A stretch of 63,643 bases of DNA, the filler included, from Octopus bimaculoides (Eukaryota), in assembly GCF_001194135.2 (NCBI RefSeq). It is 5 parts of 5 records of this genome, joined end to end, with 100 filler letters (N's around TTAATTAATTAA, not from the genome) between each part and the next. Parts side by side here need not be neighbours in the genome. Positions count along the whole stretch, not along the records: positions 50,726 to 62,413 come from NC_068982.1; positions 62,514 to 63,643 come from NW_026305374.1; 3 more parts are not named here. One strand, given 5' to 3'. Positions 50,776 to 63,643 of this stretch are shown here, in pieces. Position 1 is the stretch's first letter. The number at the start of each line of letters is the position of its first letter. The translations under genes and the position numbers were made by a program. The notes beneath the pieces are model-generated. The model was not told the DNA's origin, did not search any database, and saw only the letters and a list, made by a program, of their open reading frames with translations.

Positions 50776-53700
50776 CGAAAGAAATGAAGCATAAAATCGC
50801 GAATATCGCCTACGCTTCTTTTGCATTTGCAGCGAGAAATATGGAAAATTTCCGCATAGATGAAGATTTTAAAATGGCAAGGAAAATTGTAAAAAGGAAT
50901 TACAGAACTGTCGGTGTTAGTGGAAGATTGAAGGCCAAGATATCACATATGTGGATCTGTAACTCATTTAAAGGCTTTCTGCCCTGAAACAAGAAAAAAT
51001 AAACTCCCATTGCCGCTAACATTACGAACACCACAAACGCAAAATCATGAACAACTGCTCAAGACTCCTACACTTACACCCACGCCCACGTACACACTCA
51101 CTCCCAAACCAAGACAAAGAAGGAGTCTACATCCAGTTGCCACGAAAAAGCAAGTTTCTCCTGAATGCTCTACCTCCCAAACCAACATCAACTGCAATGA
51201 TATGGAGAAAGAAGAGACGAACAATCAATGGATCACAGTGACTAAAGGGGATAGGCAAAAGAGGAGAGCACATAACTCTACTCCAAGAAATCAACAAAAA
51301 AATATTCTGATACCACAACTGCAACACAATTCACAACCACTTCAACAAAAGCAAGAACAAGAACAACAGTTTCAAAAACAGCATCATCAACAACAACATG
51401 AAACCACAGAAACACAGAAACAACCAATTACAGAATTTCAAAAACAAGAATATTCGTCAGACTGTAGACGAAATGTAGCCATCAATTTCACTGTTGTAAA
51501 CAAGTGCAACAGGGAATTGATAGATTTTGTAAGTCAAAACAAAAAACGAAATAGAGACAGAAGGAAAGGAATTTGAGGATTTCATTCTCAAAACCCCCAA
51601 GGACAGACTTAATTAACGTCGTCAGACGTTTATAAATCTATAAATGAAAAATTCCCAGGTAGTGTGGGGATTTTAAAAAGAAATCTGTTGATAAAAGGCT
51701 GTTGGGAGGGCCTTTTAAAACATTTTCGCCAGTAGGGAGGCCCGGAACTTCTAGGCTTCTTGAAAATCAAGGTGAGTAACCACCTCTTTTTCTTTCTCCG
51801 ACTAGCAAGACTGTGCTGAGAATGGGGTGTTTGAATGTGCATGGCTTGGGATTAGCTTGTCAACAACCGATGGTGGATCGCTCTGAAGAGAGCTATTAGA
51901 GTAGAATCGATAGCATTTAGTAAATATTTAGTGTTAGAAAGAAATAGATTAGAGGGAGAACTAGCTGGCAAACTAGAAGAGGCTACTAGGAAAGACATCA
52001 CGACCGATGTATTAGCGGCGAGAAAGGCCCTTGACCATTTCTTTGAGGCGAAACACAAAGAGTGCATTGTCAGAGCTAAGGCCCGTGCGCTAAATCACGA
52101 AGGAACTGAAGCCATCCGATGGGCCCGAACGATAGAGACTCGTGGAAACAAAACCCCGATCAAGTCTTTGACGGATCAGGACGGACCCGTGCTACTCGGT
52201 TCTGAGCAGATGTGAGCGAAAAGGTTGGCGCTTTTCGTTGGTTGTCTGAAGCACAAACGTAAGCAATCCCAAGCAGGTCTATCCACCTTATGCAATATAT
52301 CCACCTTATGCAATACATCGTGGAGAGGGCTGGGACTAAAGCTGGCTTCGGTGGGGCCCTGATCAGTTTAGATCAGTCGAAAGCTTTCGATAGGGTAGAC
52401 CATCGCTACTTGGAAGCCGTCCTTAAAGTGGCCGGTTTCGGGCCCGTTTTCAGAAGCTGGGTTGCTGCAATGCACAGCGGTACTTGCTAGGTGGTCAAAG
52501 TAAAGGACTACTTATCGGAACCCTTTAGTATCGCACGTTCGGTCTGTCAGGACTGCCCGCTGTCACCTCTTCTATGTGCCGGCTCTCGAGCTACTGCTGT
52601 AGAAGTTGGAATAGTTAAGAGGTCTCCTTTTCGAAACTGGATTCGGGAGGCTAGTGTCGGCGTACGCGGACGACATCATCGTTATGGTGTCGGATGTCTT
52701 CCAAGTGGAGACGGTCAACTCCATTGTAAAGAAATATGAGTAAGTTACAGGGGCCAAAATCAACGCCGACAAGTTGGTGTGATTGCGACTGGGCACCTGG
52801 AGAAGCAGATCGATGCCGTTGGACGCTGGACTGACGGACCAGTTAAACTGCTCGGGGTCTGGTTTGGTCCCGACCTCCAGGTGGATAAGAACTGGAAAGA
52901 AGTAACGAACAGGGTGGCCTGTCTTACCCAGAAGTGGGCAGAGAGGAAGTTGTTCCTGAAAGGTCAGGCAGAGGTGGAGAATGCCTACATCGCCTCTGTC
53001 ATTACTTATCGTCTGACCGTCGTGCCTTGCTCCAGTTACTACTTGATTAGATTGGAGAGTAGCATGTTTATTTTCTTGTGGAAGGAACGTGTTCCAATGG
53101 TCAGGCGGGCGGTCTGCTGCCAACTCTCTCTCCGTAGCGGCTTAAGTATGCCATGGCTTTTGATGCGCAGACACGCACTCAGGTTGTGTCACCTGCAACG
53201 ATGCTTAGAAAGTGAATGTGTGTGGGCTCCGTTTATGAGACACGCCTTTCCGCAGCTTGTCTCCTTGACGGAGCTGCAGTCATCGGTAAAGGATAGGCGG
53301 TGACTGGGCATCTGTCGTCAGGCGCTCACTGTCCTCTACCAGTCGAGTAATAGGATCGGTGGATGTTCCACTTTAGCTATATGCAGAGGATTAATAGCGG
53401 GGAAGTGCGACGACGTCCTCTGGGAGACCCCAGTCGACGACGAAGACGAACTGGCAAGTCTATTCCAGAAGACTTTCAGGTCGGGGTCTGTTATGGATAA
53501 TTTCCAGATGTTTTTGGCCTGGCAGTGCTACAAGGGGCCGCTACCGGTTCGAGATAAACTGCACAAACACGGATGTGCTGTAGGACGGGCTTGTCCGAGG
53601 TGCTCGCAGAGCGACGAAACCGTTCTGCATGCACTCGTTCAGTGTCCGGGCATTGCTGGCTTGTGGAGTTATGTCCAACAGCAGTTGTTGTCGCGGGTAG

Positions 53701-54267
53701 GACGGATCCGTTTGTCAGTCGAGTCCATAATGATGATTACCCCGCCGCCCTCCTTTAATCAGGCAGGGAATGCAGTTTTCCTTTGTCTGGTGGCTGTGGC
53801 GAAAGACTGGTGGACGAGGTTGAAAGGAATGAGGATAGAGACATTCCTCTTTGATAAAACCCTCATCGACTTTTTCAAGTTTGACTTGAAAAGGAAAGTG
53901 AGGGAGATGCTGTCCTGGCAAGAGTGTATGGTACCACTCTGTGTAGACCTGTGAGTCGGAAGAAAGGAGTTGGAGAGGGCTCTCGTCCTTGGTATTCAGG
54001 GTGATGTTGGATGGTGGGGTTCCTTGATTATTCCAAGAGGTCCTCCTCTTTCAGGGGGACTCCATCATCACTATCATTGTTTCCCTCTTTTTCTAGTGTC
54101 GTATACTATGTATACTTCCCTTCTTCTAATGTATGCCGTGTATACTTTTTTATTTATTTTATCATTCCATCATATGTAAACCCCGACACTTTATGTCTGT
54201 CTTTGTATTGTCCCCCTCATCTTTCGCCCTAGTGGCAAATAAAAGAAATCATTATTATTATTATTCG
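50776..54267 (+). mobile_element. Tx1/L1-clade LINE, degenerate, endonuclease and part of the RT deleted
   Basis: ORF1 LSVLVED*RPRYHICGSVTHLKAFCP (CCHC knuckle with C>Y at 50941); ORF2 start LRMGCLNVHGLG fused to WWIALKRAIR; SLDQSKAFDRVDH, QDCPLSPLL, YADD (52663-52674), ACPRCSQSDETVLHALVQC; aataaa plus (att)n tail. Confidence 0.9.
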
Positions 54268-54269
54268 TT

Positions 54270-54447
54270 TATTCTTTTATTTGTTTCAGTCATTTGACTG
54301 CGGCCATGCTGGAGCACCGCCTTTAGTCGACCAAATCGACTTAAGGACTTATTCTTTGTAAGCCTAGTACTTATACAATTTGCCGAACCGCCAGGTTACG
54401 CGGATGTAAACACACCAACATCGGTTGTCAAGCGATGGTGGCGGGGA

Positions 54448-54483
<36 letters not shown>

Positions 54484-54634
54484 TATACGACGAGTTTCTT
54501 TCAGTTTCCGTCAACCAAATCCACTCACAAGGCTATAGTGGAAGACACTTGCCCAAGGTGCCACGCAGTGGGACTGAACCCGGAACCACGTGATTGGTAA
54601 GCATGCTACTTACCACAAAACCACTCCTGCGCCT
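54270..54634 (-). mobile_element. SINE family C, near full length
   Basis: Colinear with 32847-33251, with a short internal deletion. Confidence 0.9.
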
Positions 54635-54643
54635 ATCATCATT

Positions 54644-54685
<42 letters not shown>

Positions 54686-54724
<39 letters not shown>

Positions 54725-55113
54725 TGATATAAAAGTGTCAGCTTATTTTGCTGGGTATAATGGAAAGTGTCAGATGCTCACAGCCAGCAGACTAAAGTGA
54801 CACTCGTTTACTGGTCATACTTCAAGAATCCTGCCAAGAACTCTTGCACCTTTAAGCATTGCTGATTTTTCAAGGTGTTCTCTATTCACATTTGTACCAA
54901 TCTTTTTGTGCCACGTTGGTAGTTGAGCGCTGATAGTTCAAAGAGCGCCAATCACTATTGTTATCACGTTCACTCTCTTCATTGCCCACACCCTGCCCAC
55001 AACATTTCAATTCATCATAGCTGTTAAATTTTTTTCTTCCTCTTTCTCTTCAATCCTGTTGTCACCAGGACGTGGTATGTCGATTGTTAGGCATGATTTT
55101 TTTCTTTTCTGTT
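54686..55113 (-). mobile_element. R4/Dong-like 3' fragment (RLE C-terminus, 3' UTR, (AAT)n tail)
   Basis: EKKKSCLTIDIPRPGDNRIEEKEEEKFNSYDELK...RVWAMKRVNVITIVIGAL.TISAQLPTWHKKIG...EHLEKSAMLKGARVLGRILEV* (stop 54815-54817). Confidence 0.8.
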
Positions 55114-55114
55114 C

Positions 55115-55296
<182 letters not shown>

Positions 55297-55298
55297 GA

Positions 55299-55514
55299 CA
55301 AGGGGGCATGCTAGTAAAATTGTTGGCGCGTCGGATAAGATGCTTAGCAGCATTTCTTCCGGTTGTTTTACGTTCTGAAATTCAGTTCCGCCGCAGTCGA
55401 CTTATCATTATATCATTTCGTGGTCGATAAAATAAAGTACTAGTCAAATACTGAGTCTATTTAACAACTAACCCCTTTCTCTAAAATTCCCGGCCTTGAG
55501 CTAAAATTTGAAAC
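55299..55514 (+). mobile_element. SINE family B, degenerate
   Basis: gatgcttagcagcatttc...gtcgactt...gtcgataaaataaagtac...ggccttgagctaaaatttgaaac. Confidence 0.7.
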
Positions 55515-55534
55515 AATCATTATGATTGCTATTG

Positions 55535-56460
55535 CTTTTTCTTGGGATGGTTCTTATAACCTAGTCGCTTTTCTGCTTCGATAACAGAGTACAACCAGTA
55601 GCCTTGGGTATTAAGCAACCTCCTCTTTACTTTTTCTATTCATTTTAGCTAATCTAATCATCGAGCATTCTTCGTAATAATTTAGTAATTCCCAATAAAC
55701 AAACTTTGTAATAAATAGCTCCATTTCGCAATCGACTTCGACCTTCTCTATCTATCTTGCAATGCTTTCTTTCACAACCCCTAATGATCATACGATTACT
55801 CGTATGGTAGCTATTTTCTTCATTTTCCATATCCTGACGATATCTTAATTATTTGTCAACATTTCTGTTTCTTTACTTCCTATTCTTGTGTCGAACGGAC
55901 ATGATGATTCAATAAGGGGACTTACCTTACGAATTTTTTCAACTATCATGGTATCAGGTTTGTTGTGCTCTAAGTGTTTATCTGTTTGTAGAGGGAATTC
56001 GTATAAGATTCGACAACTCACTGATTCAAATATTCATACCATGTCTTCCTACTCTCAACCCCTCATCCCTGACAAAGTTTGCAATGTATAAACCCAAGTA
56101 ACTTGGTCATATCGCCAGTTCTTGTACTCTCTTTGCACAGGCCCCGGACATTCAGACATCAAACGTACCACTGTCTCATCATACATACCACATAATCTAC
56201 ACAGAGCCGATGTCATTTTTCCAGTCACATGTCTACTCTAGGCATTTGTTGTAATAGATTGATTCTGAGCAGCCACTATGGTACTTCTCAGATTTCCATT
56301 TCTAAGCCAATTCAATGAATATTTTCGTCTCATGTTATCCATCGCCTACCAAAATTGGTCACGTAAGGGCTTATTTCTATTTTTCTCTTGATGTTCATGT
56401 ATTGTGTCTTTGTCCAGGTTATCATTTGTTTTTAGGACTTTCTCTGACCGGACTCCTAAA
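55535..56460 (-). mobile_element. R4/Dong-like 3' fragment (zinc knuckle plus RLE endonuclease)
   Basis: WLRNGNL...VAAQNQSITT...CRLCGMYDETVVRLMSEC...QREYKNWRYDQV; ILYEFPLQTDKHLEHNKPDTMIVEK...LIESSCPFDTRI..KE; terminal GITKLLRRML. Confidence 0.82.
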
Positions 56461-56511
56461 GCAACCATTTTATGGATTATTTTAATGCTTGCCGTATTAC
56501 ACACTCAGTAG

Positions 56512-57058
56512 CTGAGGCGTAGCTAGTTCTAAAGTTAGTGGGCGTGAGCACATTAAAAAAACAAGAGCCCTGTGACACATACCAAGCAATTTTAAACTTG
56601 TTTCTCTTATATTACACGAAATATCAATATTTCATTAGTTGTAATGTATGTAATTGAATTCTACATTCCTTAATTTCATGTTTCAGTAATAGTGTCTTTA
56701 TGCATGAAGTTTATATTTACTAATATAGGTGTGACATGAAAAAGATGAAATTCTATCGTCCAGTATCGAGAGGTTATGACATCAGGGTTTGTTTTGGTTC
56801 TTCAGATGTCAGCGGCCACAAATACATCAAAGGAGATTGAGCAGACAGTTTAAAAATACGGATGATTGGTCAAATAAAGTAACGGCTTAAGAAAGTTCTT
56901 CCAAGACCATGCGATTAAAAAAAAAAAAAGAAAGGATTCATATTTTATCGCGCAATTGAACTAAAGAATTAAAAAAGTTGTTGAAAAGGCGCCAATTTTG
57001 TATAATATGCTCGGTCGGAGCGGTCGCTCCCTTTGCACTCTTATTAGCTACGCCACTG
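56512..57058. mobile_element. Possible MITE with about 14-bp TIRs
   Basis: ctgaggcgtagcta (56512-56525) versus tagctacgccactg (57045-57058); no TSD seen. Confidence 0.3.
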
Positions 57059-57586
57059 TCAAATAGTACTTGAACTCGATGATTTGTAGAAGAGATAGTT
57101 TTCCTTGAGAAATGCATTGGCAATAATTCCTTGCGTTATACTTTTTTGGTAGATTTTCATCGATGTCGAATTGCACAATGCGAGTTTTTACTAAGCTTTT
57201 AAATCTTCATCACAACCAAGACAATGTCAAATGCGATTAAGTCCATAATTTTGCAAAAAAAAAGTATTTGTCTTGTGTACTCGCTGTTATTCATTTCCTC
57301 TTCATTCCATACAACAAAGTAGTAAATAGGCATACTTTGCTTACGTTAATTAAGAATTTAATTACAATATTTGGAGATTTAACTTTGCTAATGGCAATGA
57401 CATACTCGTTGCTTTATTTTATCATGTCGGTATTTTACTTTCGTTTCTTAATTGTTTCATTTGGTAGAAATGAATTCCCACTTTCGGCCAAGAAACCACT
57501 TTCTCAAAAGTAGATGGTTTCTAGATGAATGGTGTTGAGACACCGCATTGTTATGAAGCTGACCAATCAGACACGTGTAACCATTG

Positions 57587-57657
57587 GTAATTATTCTGTA
57601 AGGGCAATTATTCTATAAAGGCAATTATTCTGTAAGGTAATTATTCTGTAAGGGCAC
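57587..57657. repeat. 16-17-bp minisatellite, 4 units g(t/c)aattattctgtaag(g)
   Basis: Direct reading. Confidence 0.85.
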
Positions 57658-58647
57658 GAAAAACATTCTCTCTCTCTCTTTCTCTCTCTTTCACATTTGC
57701 TTGGCAACTCACATTCTCTGCTTCTGACCTTGTACTCTGGCAGCAATCAAGCGTCAGGTATTATTTTACTTGCATTTCATCCCCTTTTGATTGCAGTTTC
57801 TTTTCATTTCGACAGTAAACATGTGTACGTTTAACTGATTTTACTTCTTACAATCACTATTTACCTCTTTGCACACATTTAACAAATTGTCCCATTGACA
57901 CGGAAACTTGAAAACATCTTTGTCCATTTTCAGTAGCATTTCTCTGACATAAATGATCTGACTTGTCAATGTATATTTTCGCTAACACATTCAAGTAAAT
58001 TTTTACAAATTGATAACTAGAAATATGCCATGCACGAATTTTATAGTTAACCTGTATTCTCAAACCGTTGGCTGTAAAATAATTTATATCTTACTCTCAG
58101 TAAGATCCATCAAAATCTATTTTCTCTGTTGGTAAATAGGAAAATAACGGGAAATGATTAGGAATCAAGCTAGGTTGTTCTATTCACAAACAAATTTAAA
58201 AAACTCCCTTTAGCTCATTACAGTTTGATTTGGATTTTTGCGTTTCTAGTTCCATTAACGTTTCTATTCCTCACGAGTTCATCTGCTGGATGAAGTGATT
58301 TGTTGACGATGACGTCAGCCGTGATCGAATAGATATATGAGGAAAAGTATTCCAGAAGTAACTGCACCAAATATTGTTTTGTTTTAGGTAAAGAACTACA
58401 TTGTCCAATGTGTCTACCATTATAATTGATGGTCGAGTGTAATATGATGAAGACGTGGCTATTATTTTTAGCAGATCGCGACGCCTTCATTTGTGGTTGC
58501 TTACTAAGGCTTGGTTTGAAATTCTGACATTTAACCTCAGATTTTCTGTGAGGAACCAAGACGGGCTCTGTTTGTACCTTGGATGTGCTGTTTGTTATTT
58601 CATACATTCAGAGATTCCAAAATTAACTTTTAGGAAACGCGCGCACG

Positions 58648-58714
<67 letters not shown>

Positions 58715-59089
58715 TTAAGGTAATAAACATAAACAAAAACGACACTGAAGCAATAAATTTTGATGGATATGGTTTTAGTTTAAATACTGAGAATTTGAAA
58801 TGAATGCCTTAATGTTTCGGACGTTTGTCCTTCAGCATCCCCACTGCCGCTGCTGGACGCTTGCTGATAATTCTGTGCATTTTAGCATTATATGTTTATA
58901 AAAAAATGCTTTTTCAAGACGAAAACTGTAGTGTTGTTGCTATATTACAATACATCCATCACATTCCGTCACAAATAATATATATATACATATATGTACA
59001 TACACACATACACACACATATATACATATATCTATAAATACATATTCACACACACACACCAAGAATTCTGGTTTGGCCTGTACAGTGAA

Positions 59090-59530
59090 CAGAGCACCAC
59101 AGACCAGCACAGTTTGCCGATTGTCTTATTTATTGCTTAAGTTGTGCATGGTCACACATTGTCGTGTCCAGTTTCTTCTTCCTAATGGTTTCTTTAAGCT
59201 TTTTGAGTACTTTTTGAGAATAACGTTCCTGTCAACCCCACAAAACAATCAACACTTACTGTACCTATCGCTGTACCTTACTGTCACATCGATTGTGACC
59301 ACTGACACAATCCATTACAGTGGTCACAATCGATGGTTTCCCACTGCATGGTTTCTCTCCAATGCTGGTTTCTTCTTCTTTAAACTCCATCCGTCTGTAC
59401 ACATTGCTCTTCTTAATCGTGTAATCTCCGTGAACAGCTTGTAGCCTGTAGATGTCCGACATCCTGCATCCCTTCTTCGTCAAGAACTCAATGACAGCCT
59501 GTTGTTTCTGCTTGGAAGACATTACTCGCC
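59090..59530 (-). pseudogene. Mariner transposase relic (second family), deleted
   Basis: MSSKQKQQAVIEFLTKKGC..DIYRLQAVHG...KSNVYRR..FKEEETSIGEKPCSGKP; downstream ERYSQKVLKKLKETIRKK. Confidence 0.75.
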
Positions 59531-59559
59531 TGTAATAAAGAAGAACATGAAGAAGAATT

Positions 59560-59956
59560 GCTACAGAGGAAGAGTTATTCTACCAATACTTTTCTCAGTT
59601 CTGCTGGTTGCAGGTCTCCCAGAGCGTTCGTCATTATCGACATTTTTTCGGCCATCTTGGAAACGGCTGAACCACTCGTACACTTGTGTACGGCTCATAC
59701 ACTCCTCTCCATACACTTTCTGCACTTTGCGTAGGCCTCTGAGCAGGTATCGCCATAACAACTTTCTCTGTCATGGTCAATGCAACGATCACACGTTACA
59801 CATGTTACTTCGAAGCACTGCTGTAAACGACGGAAGTGAACTAGAACGTTAAGACTTAGTGCACATGCAGAGTGGAGGTCAAGGTCAATCTATACCAAGC
59901 GGCTTCACTCTGCATACCTTAGCTTCATTACTATGGCAACAGTCAGCCTAGGTACT
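59560..59956 (-). mobile_element. Mariner 5' part, same family as 7404-8212
   Basis: KVYGEECMSRTQVYEWFSRFQDGRKNVDNDERSGRPATSRTEK; 5' UTR colinear with 7440-7740. Confidence 0.85.
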
Positions 59957-60177
59957 NNNNNNNNNNNNNNNNNNNNNNNNNNNNNNNNNNNNNNNNNNNN
60001 NNNNNNNNNNNNNNNNNNNNNNNNNNNNNNNNNNNNNNNNNNNNNNNNNNNNNNNNNNNNNNNNNNNNNNNNNNNNNNNNNNNNNNNNNNNNNNNNNNNN
60101 NNNNNNNNNNNNNNNNNNNNNNNNNNNNNNNNNNNNNNNNNNNNNNNNNNNNNNNNNNNNNNNNNNNNNNNNNNNNN

Positions 60178-60213
<36 letters not shown>

Positions 60214-60470
60214 CGAAGTGTCAGCGCTAAGCAGTGGGTAAGTATGAGCAAAATTAGATAAGCTGAAATACGTTTGTTACATATTTCAACTGCTAAAAGT
60301 CAAATACACTCCAGTTGCAGTGAAGAATAAATCTCTCTTATGGTAAAAAGATGTGAAAATACCCGGTTCGTGCAGAGCCCAGGGTTACATAATTGGAGTG
60401 CTACCTAACACTCCGTTGAATCCCTGGCGCGAAATTGATTGGTAAGATCGGCCTTAATGGATATATCGAA

Positions 60471-61430
60471 AAGTTAACTTCGTTAATCGTTAATCCGTTA
60501 ACCAAAATGTTAACTTCGTTAATCGTTAATCTGTTAATTCTTTGAAAATGTAACGGAAGTTAACATTAATCCATTAACTTTTATTGAAAAAAAGGCAAGA
60601 CTACAGTTTAATACCCAGCGACTTTGTTGCCTCATAACTTCCAAAAAAAAAATTAATACTTTTTAACGAAACTTTCACCAAATAATCGCTTATATCCTGT
60701 AGATTGAGTGTATCTAAAGATTTTTGGGGAAAAAAATTTTGCCGAGGGGTTGGAAGAGGAGTTTCGGACAATTCACAGGACCCGACATTTTCCCCTTATA
60801 ACTTTCTGCAAAATATGTATTTTTTAATGAAATTTCATACAAATACCTTTGAAACAGTGTAGATTACAATTACAAAGAACTTTGTAGGCAAAAGTTTTGG
60901 AAGTGGGTGGCAGAGAGGAGTTTCTGTAAACGGAGTTTTGGATCAGACGGCCCACACAAGTAGGAATTTTTCCGTTTTGNNNNNNNNNNNNNNNNNNNNN
61001 NNNNNNNNNNNNNNNNNNNNNNNNNNNNNNNNNNNNNNNNNNNNNNNNNNNNNNNNNNNNNNNNNNNNNNNNNNNNNNNNNNNNNNNNNNNNNNNNNNNN
61101 NNNNNNNNNNNNNNNNNNNNNNNNNNNNNNNNNNNNNNNNNNNNNNNNNNNNNNNNNNNNNNNNNNNNNNNNNNNNNNNNNNNNNNNNNNNNNNNNNNNN
61201 NNNNNNNNNNNNNNNNNNNNNTTTTCACCAAAGTCTTCAGAATGATGGGACGCACCTTTTCACAAAAACAAAACAAAAAAATTGAACATTTGTTTTTTTC
61301 ACACCCACCACCCCTCACCATCCCAGTACGAAACGATTTTGGCAATTTTTTAAATTCGTTATGCTCTTAAAACCCGTAAGAAGAACATATTCGGTTTAAA
61401 AAATAATTGTTAATAATTTCAGAGGAAAAT
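60471..61430. mobile_element. Probable non-autonomous DNA-transposon sequence with a GTTAA-rich array
   Basis: gttaacttcgttaatcgttaatc(c/t)gttaa twice at a 36-bp period (60473, 60509); recurring ataactt...aa(c/a)tttca motifs; no termini established. Confidence 0.3.
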
Positions 61431-61574
61431 GTGTGATTTATGGGAGATCGAGTTGTTGTTTCTAGCACATTCCAAACCTCCCTTCTCCCACTCACACATC
61501 TATTGATATTTTTCAATATTTTTCTCCCCATAAACAAATTTTATGGAATGATGATGTCAAAGTAACACACGTAT

Positions 61575-62413
61575 AGTCCCAACCGAGCGAGGCCGTGTTG
61601 TGTGTGTGTAAGAAAAACACTTAAAAACATCAACTCACCTTGCGAATTCACCAAAGATCTAATTACGGAGTCATTTCCACGTTGAGCCTCCACAATACGT
61701 GCCCACCCAGCGGCTTTGGTTCCCTCGCTCCCCGTAGCACGAACTCTAGCTCTGATGATACACCCCATGTGCTTGGCTTCGAGGTGCTGGTTTAATTCCA
61801 GTCTCTTCACCTTCACCTGAGATGCGTCGCCAGTTCTCATGGCTTCCTCTAGGGCCTTAACTAATTCTATTTCCTTCCTACGCCCTATAGCCACTAAACC
61901 TGCACTATATCTAATAGACTCAAATTTAATGGCTCTTTTGAGGGCGAACCACCATTTGTTCTTAATAATGGAACCGGTTAACGCCCTCTGTATTAATAAC
62001 TTAATCCGGCTCCTGTACTCTTCAATCGCCAAAAGGGACTTATTGAGCTTCCAGTAGCCGGAACCCTTACTACATAACTTATCTAGGTACAGTTTTCAAG
62101 TGACCATCTTGTGGCCACTGTAACTGACCAGGTGATATTGTGGACAAGAATAAATATCAATCTAATAAAAATCCTATCTATGTAAGACCTAGAAGACCCG
62201 TCATTTTCAGCTGTCTCCTTCTCCGTCACTTCTTTCTTCTTCTCGGACTCTTTAGGTTTGCAATCTGCCCTGAAGTGGCCCTTCTTTCTACACTGGAAGC
62301 ATCGAGGCTGGCGACCTTCTACCATCACTGCCAGGCGGGTTTCACCAACGTCGATGATTTCGGTGATTTCTTCCAGCGTGGTCTGCTCTGACTGTATAAT
62401 TATCCGCACGCTT
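61575..62413 (-). mobile_element. Second Tx1/L1-clade LINE fragment (ORF1 knuckle fused to the endonuclease C-terminus)
   Basis: LAVMVEGRQPRCFQCRKKGHFRADC (CCHC); SRSYIDRIF...YSGH...GYWKLNKSLL; WWFALKRAIK...HLEAKHMGCIIRARVR, homologous to 51870-52200. Confidence 0.85.
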
Positions 62414-62519
62414 NNNNNNNNNNNNNNNNNNNNNNNNNNNNNNNNNNNNNNNNNNNNTTAATTAATTAANNNNNNNNNNNNNNNNNNNNNNNNNNNNNNN
62501 NNNNNNNNNNNNNATATAT

Positions 62520-62550
<31 letters not shown>

Positions 62551-63122
62551 TATGTGTGTGTATGTATGTATACATTTGCATGTATATAATATAAGCCGGC
62601 TACAAAGAGAGCATCGTGTGGATGCAATTTCATATTTTCTACACAGTGTAATTGTGTGCCTATTCCAAAAATATATGCATGTATGTACGTATGCATGTAT
62701 GTACGTATGTATGTATGTGTATGTGTGAGCGTGCGTGTGTATGTATGTATTTTTGTGGGTAAAAACTAGCTTCTGTGACAGGGTATGTGCTATGATGATA
62801 GCGACACAGAAATCAGAATACGCAAAAGCCGTTCTGATAAATATTGTCTGAAGATAGAAAGTAGAAAAACACAGAAATCAATTGATGTTGTCGTTGTATT
62901 CACAACAGATAGTACGTTTAATTGCGTGCATATATATATATAAATACATAAATCAATATACGTGTGTATATTGTGTACATAGATATGCCCATAGAAATTC
63001 CATCAGGACAAGTACAGCTTGTGTATACCTAATTGTATGTATCAGCATATGTATACTTTCAGTGGTTAGAGAAGCTAAGCCAACGTAACATATTCACGTG
63101 CGTCATACAGGGCGGATTAGAC

Positions 63123-63173
<51 letters not shown>

Positions 63174-63643
63174 CGCCGAGATTGAAGTCAGATGCATATA
63201 CTCAATGTATTTATAACATAGACGCTATCATTATATTAAGGGCGAAAACTCTCATGTTTTTTGTTTTCACTCGCTGGCTTACAATCCGTGTACATTTTTG
63301 GTGTTTTTCTGTAGTGTCTGAATGCTTCGGTACTTTCAATTATGCTGGAGATATGTCGTTGTAACCTACCAAGACTTTATATTTTCAACTTCGTTTACCT
63401 CACTGTGAGCTCTATGCTATCGTACCTGGTCATAATTAGCCTAACCAGTCGTATAATCACCAAATACGTATGTGCCCTGGATACAGTATTATTTAAAATG
63501 TCTTTCATTGTAAAATTCATGTCTTTATCAGAAGAAAACGGTTTCTTAAAATGATATATTGTGCACACTGATCAATTTCCTTAGGAACGGCTGTAATGAA
63601 CTGACACCTGTCCATCAATAGTTACCTATATATATATATATAT

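Noticed and set aside
57587-57657. CRISPR-like array
   Set aside because: Contiguous tandem units with no spacers, in a eukaryotic context.

Overview
AT-rich, repeat-dominated eukaryotic DNA with about 8.4 kb of N gaps, most opening at microsatellites. The SINE families, microsatellite load and TTAATTAATTAA contig linkers suggest an octopus (coleoid cephalopod) draft scaffold; this is an inference. No intact host gene can be demonstrated, and nearly all long ORFs in the track are microsatellite or N-run artefacts. Supported content: (i) a Penelope-like element (RT with YIDD, GIY-YIG, 3' pLTR with a minimal hammerhead ribozyme) at 43.5-45.5 kb, interrupted just before YIDD by an antisense copy of its own pLTR, plus several orphan hammerhead-like relics; (ii) two deleted Tx1/L1-clade LINEs; (iii) three R4/Dong-like RLE LINE fragments, two tied to (ATT)n arrays; (iv) a near-complete Tc1 abutting a DUF4817-type ITm relic, and four mariner relics; (v) about 20 tRNA-derived SINE copies in four working families (labelled A-D here). 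Most unexplained signals: two fold-back (palindromic) elements sharing a structured core (4.8 and 48.1 kb), two head-to-head SINE pairs 35-46 bp apart, and a candidate ATG-to-donor first exon at 26.65 kb. All alignments and foldings were done by eye; nothing was searched or computed.
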